From assembly GCF_026130545.1 (NCBI RefSeq), contig NZ_JAMOIM010000008.1, forward strand, positions 153,038 to 217,037: 64,000 nt of DNA, read 5' to 3'. Made by a program: the position numbers and the translations under genes. The notes beneath the pieces are model-generated. The model searched no databases, was not told the origin of the DNA, and saw nothing but the letters and a program-made list of their open reading frames with translations. Positions 18,443 to 29,400 of this stretch are shown here, in pieces; position 1 is the stretch's first letter; every line of letters starts with the position of its first letter. The stretch is from Lichenifustis flavocetrariae. GTDB lineage: Bacteria; Pseudomonadota; Alphaproteobacteria; Rhizobiales; Beijerinckiaceae.

Positions 18443-20413
18443 TCACGGGATCGCAACTCGGGCATCCGGAGGGAGCGGAAATGCCCGGTTCCATTCCGCA
18501 CGTTTTTCCCGGTAGAGGGCTTCGTAGTCGGCCTGACTCATCCCTTGAGCCGTCTCGATGTCCATGTTCAGCGCGATCTGATGATACACGTCGAGGTTGG
18601 TCAGGTCCGGAGGCGGCAATGTGCCGGCTTCATACATCGCCCACATGTCCTGGAAGGCCCGCTCCAGATGCGACACGAGACGCGGCGTGTCGAACAGCAG
18701 GCAGGTGTCACGCCCATCACGCAACCGCTCCTTGAGGCTTGCCAGTAGATCGCGATCCTGACCGAGTTCGACCGCACGGGCCACATAGGTCTCCGTGCTC
18801 TCACAGACGAGATCGGGCATCCCCGCCGCGGTGACCAGACTTGCGCAGACCCGGGACGCAAAACCGCGTCCCGGATGGGTCAGCACCGGGACCCCCATCC
18901 ACAAGGCATCCGCCGCCGTCGTATGGGCGCCATAAGGGCTGTTGTCGAGAAACAGATCCGCGAGCTGGTAGCGGGCCACGTGCTGCGGGTTGGTCGTCTT
19001 TTGCGCGAAGACCAGGCGGTCAGGCGCAATGCCGCGTGCGTTCGCCCAATCGCGCAGGCGACCTTGTGTCTCCGGCGTGCCACCGAGCAGCCAGAGCACG
19101 CTGTGAGGCACTTGTTCGAGGATCTTCATCCACAGTGTGAATGTCGCTTCCGTCAATTTCTGCAGACCGTTCAGGCAGCAATAGACGATCGCATCGTCGG
19201 GCAAGTGCTCGTTCTGCCGTGACGGCGACTGGCTCGCCACGACCCGCTTGCGGTCGTTGGGCTGGTAACACGGCAGACGTAGGACGGTTTCCGAGAAGTA
19301 GCGTTCATGGCCGTCCGGGACCGTCTGGGAATCGGCCAGGATGAAGTGGTGATAAGGGCTTCCCATGGTGGCAGGAAACCCGAACCAATTCACAGCGATC
19401 GGCGCCGGCCGCAAGGCGAATACCCGCGTTCGCGCGTCCTTGGTGTAGCCGTTGAGGTCGATCAGAATGTCGATGCCGTCGTCGCGGATTTTCTGCGCCG
19501 CCGCTTCGTCAGACAGCCCGCTGATGTCCGTCCAGTGATCGACCGCCGCCTTGGTCCGCGCCTTGGTCGGGTCGTCGCGTGAAATACCGCAATAATAGGC
19601 ATGGATGACGAAGCGGTTCCGATCGTGCAGTTCGAGCGTCTCGACGATCGAGAAGCCGACAGCATGTTCGCGCATGTCGGAGGATACGTAGCCGACTCGC
19701 AACCGTGTTTTCGACCCGGGCACCGGAGGGGGCGGAGGTTCCATCGGGGTGACCCGGCCCACCAGAGCCTTGTTGTAGTGGCAGGCGTTGGCGAGCTGGA
19801 ACAGCGGATCGTCGACCAGCGTCGCGAGCGACAGGGGCGAGATCCCGGCCAGGAGATCGCGCCGCGTGATCCGGTCGAAGGGTGTCAGCACCGGCCAGCG
19901 GCATTGCCGCATACGGAGCGCGATCCAGTGCTGGATCACCTTGTCGTCGCGCGCGAGTTCGAGGCGCCGTCTGAGCGCATCCTCGGCCGGGCCATCCTGG
20001 TCAAGCCCTTCAAGGACCCGGCCCGTGTTTTCGAGTGCCATGATCTTATGAGTCAGGCTCTCGGCATTGACGGCCACAAGATCTTCCGCGACGGCGAGCC
20101 AGTGCCTGATGGCCGGCCCGTTCTGGCCGGTTTTTTCGAGTGCGAGCCCAAGACTCAGCTGGGCTTGGTGAAAATCCGGCTTGAGCCGGGCCGATTCCCG
20201 GAACGCGATGATGGCGCCGGCCGTGTCCGGCGCCTCGTTCAGCGATGTCCCATAGTTGAAATAAGCGGCGTAGAGGAGCGGATCGTCCTCGTGGCAGGCG
20301 ATCCACATCTTGTAGAGGTCGATGACCGCCGATGGTTGCCCGGATCGCTTCGTGATCTCGGCCAAACCGAACAATTCACCGATCGAGAGGTTTTGGAAGG
20401 CTCCAACGTCCAT
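18443..20413 (-). CDS. TPR-containing GT41-family glycosyltransferase (O-GlcNAc transferase / SPINDLY-like)
   Basis: C-terminal OGT-like catalytic blocks 'VYCCLNGLQKLTEATFTLWMKILEQVPHSVLWLL...RLVFAQ...YQLADLFLDNSPYGAHTTAADALWMGVPVLT' preceded by TPR repeats. Starts 62 nt after the giant repeat gene stop. Confidence 0.8.
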   Translation of the reverse strand: MDVGAFQNLSIGELFGLAEITKRSGQPSAVIDLYKMWIACHEDDPLLYAAYFNYGTSLNEAPDTAGAIIAFRESARLKPDFHQAQLSLGLALEKTGQNGPAIRHWLAVAEDLVAVNAESLTHKIMALENTGRVLEGLDQDGPAEDALRRRLELARDDKVIQHWIALRMRQCRWPVLTPFDRITRRDLLAGISPLSLATLVDDPLFQLANACHYNKALVGRVTPMEPPPPPVPGSKTRLRVGYVSSDMREHAVGFSIVETLELHDRNRFVIHAYYCGISRDDPTKARTKAAVDHWTDISGLSDEAAAQKIRDDGIDILIDLNGYTKDARTRVFALRPAPIAVNWFGFPATMGSPYHHFILADSQTVPDGHERYFSETVLRLPCYQPNDRKRVVASQSPSRQNEHLPDDAIVYCCLNGLQKLTEATFTLWMKILEQVPHSVLWLLGGTPETQGRLRDWANARGIAPDRLVFAQKTTNPQHVARYQLADLFLDNSPYGAHTTAADALWMGVPVLTHPGRGFASRVCASLVTAAGMPDLVCESTETYVARAVELGQDRDLLASLKERLRDGRDTCLLFDTPRLVSHLERAFQDMWAMYEAGTLPPPDLTNLDVYHQIALNMDIETAQGMSQADYEALYREKRAEWNRAFPLPPDARVAIP

Positions 20414-20474
20414 CTACGAGTCCGATTTCGCAGCGGCCGCGCGACCTCCACGTCTACGACAGGTCCCCTGCATT

Positions 20475-23400
20475 CTACGAGGCGGCCTCGCTCAATGCGG
20501 CCAGTTGTGCGGCAGTCATGACGGCGGTTTGTGTGGTTGTGAGGGCGGCGATCTGGACCCCGTTCAAGGCCTCGATTTCGGTCACTGTCAGGTTGGAGAT
20601 CGTGGTCGTGCTGAGCGTCGACACCTGGGTCGTGGTCAGGCCGCTGAGCTGTACGGCACTCAGCTGTGCGAGCGTCGTCGCGCCGAGATTGCTGAGCTGC
20701 AGCGTCGACAGGCCGCTGATCTGCGTCGGCGTCAAGGCGCTGAAAAGCGTCGAGGTCAGGCCGGAGAGTTCCGTCGTCGTCAGGTTGACCATCTGCGTGG
20801 TCGTCAGCGATGCGATCTGGCTCGCCGACAAAGCGTTGAGCTGACTGGTCGACAAGGCGCGAAGCTGATCGCGCGCCAGCCCTGTCAGCTGGCTGGCGGT
20901 GAGCCCGGCCACCTGCGTGGTGCTCAGGGCCGCCACGTCGGCCGACGAGAAGGCCTGCAGCTGGACCGCCGTGAGCCCCGCGAACTGGGTCGACGTGAGT
21001 GCCGCGAGCGCCGTCGGGGCCAGGCCCGCGATGGCCGCGCTGGAGATCCCGCCGATCTGGGTCGCGGAGAGCACCGCGAATTGCGTCGTGGTCAAGGAAG
21101 CGATCTCGGTGGCCGACAGGCCGCTCATCTCGGTCGCCGACAGAAGACCGATCTGTGTCGTGTTCAGGCTCGCGAACTGGGTCGCGGTCAGTGCCGAGAT
21201 GGCGGAGGCCGAGAGGCTGCTGAACTGCGTCGAAGAGAGGGCGGCGATCTGTGTCGTGGTAAGCTCGGAGACGGCCGTAGTCGAGAGGGCGGACATCTGC
21301 GTCGCGGTCAGCGCACTCACCTGGGTCGACGACAAGGAGGCGAGCTGGCTCTGGCTCAGGCCCGCGACACCCGTGGTGGAGAGCGCCGCGATCTGGGTCG
21401 CGCTAAGCGCCGCGAGATCGTCCTCGGAGAGCGTCGCGATCTCGGCCGAGGTGAAGCCGCTCATCTCGGTGGCCGTCAGAAGCCCGAGTTGTGTCGTGGT
21501 CAGCGCTGCGAACTGGGTCGACGTGAGCGCGCCGATTTCCGTCGAATTGAAGCCTTGCAACTGCGTGGTGGTGAGCGCCCCGATCTCGGCGAGCGTCAGG
21601 CCCGCGATGGCGGTCGTCGGCAACCAGGAGAGCTGGGTGGAGCTCAAGGCGCCGAGCTGATTTGGCGACAGGGCGCCGAGCTGGGTCGATGTGAGCCCGC
21701 TGAGACCTGTGGTCACGAGTGCCCCAATCTGCGTCGCGTTCAGGGTCGCGAGTTGCGTCGGCGTCAGTGCCCCGACCTGCGTTGCCGTCAAGCCGCCCAT
21801 CTCGGTGGTCGACAGAAGCGCGATCTGGCTTGTCGTAAGACCGGCGAATTGCGTGGACGACAGGGCCGCAATGCCGGTCGCCGAGAGACTGGCGAACTGT
21901 GTCGTCGTCAGCGCGGCGAGTTCGGCGTTGCTGAGACCACTGAGCGCAGTGGTCGATAGCCCCGCGATCTGTGTCGACGTAATGGCCCCGAGTTGCGTCG
22001 TCGACAGCAGCCCGATCTCGGTGGAGGTCAAGCCGCCGACCGCCGTCGTGCTGAGGGCTCGCAGAGCCGTCGTCGTCAGGGCCGCGACTTGCGCGGCGCT
22101 GAGGTCCGACACTTGCGTGGCGGTCAGACCCTGGGCCTGCGTGGTCGTGAGGGCGGCGATCTCCGAGGCCGTAAAGGCGTCCATCTGCACCGTTGAGAGC
22201 GCACCGATCTGCGTGGAACTCAAGGCGCCAAGCTGATCCGGCGTGAGGGCGGCGATCTGGCTGGTTGTGATGCCGCTGACGCCAGCCGTGGACAAGGCTG
22301 CAAGCTGCGTCGTTGTGAGGGCGTTGAATTGGCTGGCGGTCAGCGCGGAAGCCTGGGTTTGCGTCAGCCCCGCGATGCCGCGAGTCGTGAAGGCGCCAAG
22401 CTGTGTCGTGGTCAGCGCCGCGACGACCTGACTGCTGAGCGCGCCAACCTGAGTCGACGTGAGGCCACGGATTTGCAGGATCGTCAGGCCGGTCGCTTCG
22501 CTCGTCGTCAGGGCCGCGATGGCTGTGGTGGAGAGGCCCGAGATCTGCGTTGAGGAGAACGCACCGAACTGGCCCGCGCTCAAGCCGACGATCTGCTGGT
22601 CGTTGAGCGCCGACATCTGCGTCGCCGTAAGGGCCTGAACCTGTGTGATCGTCAGGGCCGCGAGTTCCGTGGTCGTCAAGCCGCTCACGGCCGAGGTGGA
22701 GAGCGCCGCCACCTGGGTGTCGGCAAGCGCGCCGATTTGCGTCAGTGTAAGTGCTGCCGCCTGCGCATTCGTGAGGCCGCCGAGTTCGGCCGAATTCATG
22801 GCCGCGACTTGCGTGGCCGTGAAGGCCGAGATTGCGGTCGTGCCGATCGCGCCCAACAAGGTGGGCGTCAGGCCGCGCACCTGGGTTGTGCTGAGCGCGG
22901 CGAGTTCGGTCGTCGTCAGCCCCGTGATGGCGCCGGGATCGATCGCCGCGATCTGCGTCGACGACAGGGCGGCGAGTTGGCCGATCGTCAAGGCGCCAAG
23001 TTGGGTGTCGGCGAGCGCATCCATCTGTGTGGTGCCGAGCGCCGCGATCTGGGTACTGGTCAAAGCTGCGATATCAGAGATCGACAGCCCGCCAAGGCCG
23101 GTCGTCGACAAGCCGGCGATTTGGCTTGCGGCGAGCGCGGCCAGCTGGCCTGTGCTCAAGGCGGCGACCTGGGTATCGACCAGCGCGGCCACCTGCGTGC
23201 TGCCTAGGGCCCCGAGCTGTGTTGCGCTCAAACCCGCGAGTTCGCTCGACGTGAACCCGGAGACAGCCGCCGCCGACAAGGACGAGATCTGGGTCGTCGC
23301 CAGGGTCGAGAGCTGAGCGGTAGTCAGCGCCGCGACCTGGGTCTGGTTGAGACCGCCCATCGCGGTCCGGGTCAGAGCCTGAATTTGTGCCGTACTGAGG

Positions 23401-26400
23401 GCGGCGATCTGCGTGTTGGCGAGTGTGCCAATCTCGGTGACGGTCAGGTTTGCGATTTGCGTGGAGGTCAGCGCCGCAATGGTGGTGGTCGTGAGGCCGC
23501 TGACGCCGGTCGTCGACAGGGCAGCCGCCTGCGCGGCCGTCAATGCGCCCACTTGCGTGGCTGTCATGGCCGAGATCTGCGTGTCCGTGAGGGCACCGAT
23601 CTGCGTCGTTGTCAGGGCGCCGATCTGCGTCAGCGTCAGCGCCGCGATATCGGTGCTGGTTAGGCCGCCGATGCCGGCGGTCGAAATGCGCGCGACCTGC
23701 GTGGACGTCAGGTTGCCGAGCTGCGTCGTCGAGAGCTGGGAAATGAGGGTCTGGGTCAGCCCCGAGATCGCGGAGGTGCTGAGGGCGGCGATCTGCGCCG
23801 CGCTCAGGGCGGCAAGCTGAGTCCCGGCAAATGCGCTCGCCTCAACCGCGGTCAGGGCCGAGACTTGCGTGGTCGTCAGGCCCGAAATTTGGGTCGCCGT
23901 CAGTCCGCTGAGGCCGGTGGCCGAAAGGGCGGCGATCTGCTGCGTCGAGAGCTGCCCCAATTGCGTCGCCGAGAGGCTGCCGATCTGTGTATCCGTCAAG
24001 GCTGTGATCTGGCTTGGCGTCAACGCCGCGAGTTGCGTCGTGTTCAGGGCCTGCATGGCGGACGTGCTGAGCCCGGGAAGGCTATTGGTGGAAAGGGCTG
24101 TGGCCTGTCCGGTCGTGAGGGCTGCGATCTGGCTCGTCGTCAACTGGCCGAGTTCGGTGGGGGTGAGGGCCGTCGCCGCCGTGGTGGTGAGGGCCGCGAC
24201 CTGGGTCGTCGAAAGAGCGGCCAATTGCGTCCCGCTGAGAGCCGCCGCTTCGGTCGCGGTCAGAGCGCCGACCTGGGTCGTGCTGAGGCTCGTGACCTGG
24301 GTCGCCGTGAGACCGCTGATTCCGGTCGTCGAGAGCGAGGCGACCTGGCCCGGCGAAAGATTGGCGATCTGGCTCGTCGACAAAGCGGCGACCTGCGTGT
24401 CCACAAGGGCGTTGGCCTGCGCGCTCCCGAGGACGGCCACCTGGGTCGTCGCCATTGCGGCGATCTGGCTCGTCGTCAATCCGCCAAGACCCGTCGACGA
24501 GAGGGCCGCGATCTGGGTGATCAGGAGCGCGGCGATCTGGGAGGTGCCGAGAGCCGCCACTTGGGTGCCGAGCAGCGCTTTGATCTGGGTCGCTCGCAGC
24601 GCCGTCAGCTGGCTCGTCGTCAGGTTCATCAGATCGGATGAAGAAAGGCCTTGCAGGCCGGCGACCGAGAGCGCCCCGACCTGTGTCGTGGTGAGGGCCG
24701 CCATTTGAGCCGAGGTCAGGGCCGTGACCTGCGTCTGGTTCAGTCCACCGACCGCCGTCTGGCTGAGCGACGGGATCTGCGTGGTGGTGAGCGACTGGAT
24801 CTGGGTGCCCGCAAAACCGCCGAGCTCAATGGCGGTCAGTTGGGCCACCTGTGTCGTGGTGAGGGCCGCGATCGTGCTGGTCGCGAAGCCACCCACGCCG
24901 GTGGCCGACAGTGCCGCGAATTGGGCCGCCGACAGCACGCCGATCTGTGTCGCCGTCAGGGCCGCCACCTGGGTCGCCCCCAGGGCGCCGACCTGCGCGG
25001 GTGTGAGGGCGTTCAGCTGGGTCGAGGTCAGAGCGCCGATCTGTGTGGCGGTCAAGCCGGTCACGCCGCTGCTCGACAGCCTCGCGATCTGCGTCGTGGC
25101 GAGATTGCCGAGCTGGGTGATCGTCAGATCAGCGACCAGGCTCGCCGTCAGTCCCGAAATCCCGGAAGTTGTCAGCGCGCCGATCTGAGCCGGGCTCATG
25201 GCCTCGATCTGCGTATCGGCAAGCTGACCGACTTCCGTGGCCGTCAGGGCCGCGACCTGTGTGGTCGTCAAAGCGCCGATCTGCGTCACGGCCAAGCCGC
25301 TGAGGCCGGTCGAGGTGAGAGCCGCGATCTGCTGCGCCGAGAGTTGGCCGAGTTGGGCCGGCGACAGACTGGCGATCTGGGTGTCCGCCAGGGCTTTCAC
25401 CTGCGTGGCGGTGAGGGCGGAGATCTGCTGGGTGCTGAGGGCCGCGACCGCGCCTGTGCTGAGGGCCGCGACGGCGGTGGTTGACAAAGCCGCGACCTGG
25501 CGCGTCGTCAACGCGCCGAGCTGTGTGGTGCTGAGAGCCGACACCGCCGTCGTGGCGAACCCGCCCACCGCCCGGGTGCCGAGTGAAGCCACCTGCGTGG
25601 TGCTCAAGCTCGCGATCTGGGTTTGGCCCAGCGCTTGACCCTCAGTCGTCGTCAGCGCCGCAAGTTGGGTCGTGCTGAGGGCGCCCATCAAGGTTTCGGT
25701 CAGGCCGCTGAGGCCGGTCGTCGACAAGGCCGCGATCTGCGTCGTCGACAGCACGCCGAGTTGCGTCGTCGACAGCGCGCCGACCTGGGTGTCATCGAGA
25801 CTATTGACCTGGGTGCTGGTCAGCGCACCGAGTTGCGTGCCGCCAAGTGCCGCGATAGCGCTGGAATCCAGGCCGTTGATGCCGGTCGTCGACAGGGCTG
25901 AAACCTGGCTTTGATAAAGCGACGTCAGCTGGCTGGTGCTCAGGGACGCCACCTGGGTGTCGACCAATGCCGTGATCTGGACCGTTCGCAGGGCGGCGAG
26001 TTGCGTTGCCGCGAGGGCGGCAAGTTCGGTCGAGGTCAGGCCCGCGATCGCCGTTGTGGTGAGGGCCGCGATCTGGGTGGCCGCGAGAGCCGCCACTTGG
26101 GTGGTGGTCAACGTGGCGATCTGACTTTGGCTCAATCCGGCGAGTGCCGAGCGGGTCAATGCCGCGATTTGCGTCGGCGTCAGAGCGTTGATCTGTGTCA
26201 GCGCGAAGGCGGTAAGTCCGGTCGAGGTCAGCGCGCCGACCTGTGAGGTCGTCAGTGCCGAAACCGTGTCGGTGGTCAGGCCAGCGATCCCGGAGGTCGA
26301 CAGTGACGAAACCTGAACGGTGGTCAGTGCTGCGGTCTGCGTGGCCGTCAGGGCGCCAATCTGGGTCGCCGTGAGGGCGGCAACCTGTGTGCTGCTCAGG

Positions 26401-29400
26401 GCGCCGAGTTGCGTCAGCGCCAACGCCGAAAGCTGGGTATCGGACAGACCGCTCAGTCCCGTCGCGGTCAATTTGGCGATCTGGGCTGTCCCTAGGCTCG
26501 CAAGCTGAGCGGTGCTGAGATCGGACACGAGCGACGTCGTGAGGCCTGAGATTCCGGACGTGCTGAGGGCGCCGATCTGCGTCGCGCTCATCGCCTGGAT
26601 CTGTGTATCCGCGAGTTGGCTCGCCTCGGTCATGGTCAGAGCCGAGACCTGGGTCGTCGTCAGAGCCGCCACCTGGGTCACGGCAAGTCCGCTGAGGCCG
26701 GTCGACGACAGGGCGGCGATCTGCTGAATGGAGAGCTGCGCGAGCTGTGTTTGCGAAAGGTTGGCGATCTGCGTGTCGACCAGCGTCCGCATCTGCGTGG
26801 TCGTCAGAGCGCCGATCTGCTGCGTGCTCAAGGCCGCAAGGGCGGACGGCGTGAGCGCCGTGATGCCGGTCACCGACAGTCCGGTGATCTGCTGGGTCGT
26901 GAGCGCGCCGATCTGCGTCGCGCTGAGTGAGGTCAGGGCTGTCGTGGCCAGGCCGCTGGCCGCCGTCGTGCTGATCGCGGCCACTTGCGTCGTGCTGAGG
27001 GCCGCGAGTTGCGTTTGGGTCAGTGCGCCGATGCTTGCCGAGGTCAGGGCGCCCAATTGTGTCGTGTTGAGCGCTGCCAGTAATGAAACCGTAAGGCCCG
27101 TGACGCCGGTGGTGGACAGCCCCGCGATCTGGGTGACGTTCAGGCTACTCAGTTGCGTGATGCTGAACGCGCCGATCTGGGTATCCACCAGACCGCTGAC
27201 GGCGCTTCGCGTCAGTCCGCTGAGTTGGACATTGGTCAGCGCGGCGATCTGGTCGCTGGTGAGCGCCGACGATTCCGTGCTGGTCAACCCCGACATCTGG
27301 GTGACGCTGAGCTGCCCGATCTGATCGAGGGTCAAACCGCCGATCTGCGTTGTCGTCATCGCGCCGATTTCGGCCGAGGTCAGCGATGCGAATTGCGTCA
27401 ACGACAGATTGCCGAGCGAGGTCGCGCTCAGGTTTGCGACCTGGGTCGCCGAAAGAGACTGGACCGCCAGGGCCTGGATCGTGGCCTGGCTCATATCCGT
27501 CAACTGCGTGGCCGTGAACCCGCGGATCTGCGCGCCCGTCAAACCGGTCAATTGGGCGGTCGTCAGCTCGGCGAGGGCGGTATCGCTCATCCCTGAGATC
27601 TGAGTGGCGGTGAGGCCGGCCAGTTGGGTCGTCGTGAAGGACTGGACCTGAGTGGCCGCCAGTCCGTTCAACACCGTGGTGCTCATGGCGGCGATTTGCG
27701 AGGCCGTGAGTGCCGAGAGCTGGCTTGCCGCGAAGGCGCCGATGCTGTCCGTGCCCAGGCCGGCGATCTGGCTGGTGGCGAGCCGGGATGCCGTCAGAGC
27801 CTGGAGCGACGTCGTCGACATATCGGCCAGCTGAACCGTCGAGAAACCGGCCATCTGGGCCGCCGTCAGCGCCGCGAGTTGCGTCGTCGTCAGTTCGGCG
27901 ATCGTCGTGTCGCTGAGCCCGGCGAGCTGCAGGGCTTGCAGGCCCGCCACTTGCGTGGTCGTCATGGCCTGGATCGCGGCGGCCGAGAGGTTGCTGAGAG
28001 ACGTGGTTGAGAGGGCGCCGACCTGCGTTGACGTCAGGGCCGCCAACTGGGCATCGGAGAGGTTCGCCAGGGCCGTGGCGCTCAGATTGGCGACCTGTGT
28101 TGTCGATAGGAATGAAGCCGGCAAAGCGTTGAGCGAGGACGGAGCCATGTCACTCAGCTGGGTTGACGTCAGCCCCTGTACTTGAGGCGCTGTCAGCCCG
28201 GACAGGAGTGTCGTCGTCAAAAGACCTAGCGTCGTATCGGTCATGTTGCCGAGTTGGCGCGGCGCCAGTCCGGCCGCCTGCGTGGTGGTCAGAGCCTGGA
28301 TCTCGGTCGGCGTCAGATTGTTCAAGACGTCGCTGCTCAAAGCGCCGATCTGCGCCGCGGACAGCGACGTGACCTGGTCACTCGTGAGATTGGCGACCGC
28401 CGTCGTGCTGAGGGAAGCGACCTGGATTGTGCTCAGCGATCCGACCGTGAGAGCCTGGATCATCTCGGCTGGCAAGTCGGTCAACTGGGTCGCGGTCAAT
28501 CCTCGGATCTGGCCGGTCGTGAAGGCCGCGATCTGGGCCGGCGTGAAGGCGGCCAGTGTGGCGTCGGTCAGGCCAGAGATCTGGGTTGAGGTGAGCGCCC
28601 CGGTCTGCGTGCTGGTCAGCGCTTGCACTTCGTCCGTTTGCAGCGCGTTGAGGGAAGGAATCGAGAGGGCCTGGACTTGTGCGGCCGACAAGCCGGCGAT
28701 CTGCGTCGCCGAAAGGTTGGCGAAGGCCGTCGACGACAATTGCCCGATCTGCGTTGCCGAGAATGTTGCGACCGGAATCGCCTGCATGGCGGCGGTCGAC
28801 AACCCCGAGAGCTGGTTCGGCGTCAGCCCACGCACTTGCTGGGTCGTCAGCGCGGCCATCTGGGTCGTCGTCAGTTCGGCAAGGCTCGTGCTGGTGAGAC
28901 CTGTGATTTGGCTCGCTGTGATCCCGGCTTCCTGCGTGGCGGTGAGCGCCTGCATTTCATCCTGCGACAGCGCATTGAGACCGGAAACCGACAAGGCCCC
29001 GACCTGGGTCGCGGCCAGCGAGGCGACCTGCGTGGAGGAGAGGTTCTGGACCTCTGTCGCGTTGAGACCCGACATTTGCGATGCGGTCAGATTGGCGGGA
29101 TCGAGCGCCAGGATCTGGTTCAGGAGCAGGCTGTTGAGTTGTGCGGTCGACAGGGTACCGACCTGCGTGGCGTTCAACTGGCCGAATTGCGTGGCCGTCA
29201 AATTCGACAGGGTCGTCGTGGACAGGCCGGCGATCTGGGGTCTGATCAACGCACTGAGTTGCTGGACACTGAGGGATTGAACTTCTCCCGGATCGAGCGA
29301 ATTCAGTTCCTGCGCCGACAACGCCGACATCTGGCTCGACGTGAAGGCCGAGAGATCGCTGGCGGCGAGCGCGTTGAAGGACGCCAGTGAGAGCCCGGAG

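Noticed and set aside
20322-29390. Many long + strand ORFs (e.g. 20322..21959 545 aa Arg/Gly-rich; 28243..29280 345 aa; 23869..24708; 24651..25484) inside the giant gene region
   Set aside because: They are alternative-frame or antisense readings of the 24-nt repeat array. Their periodic low-complexity composition mirrors the minus-strand repeat, and they have no start context or family features.
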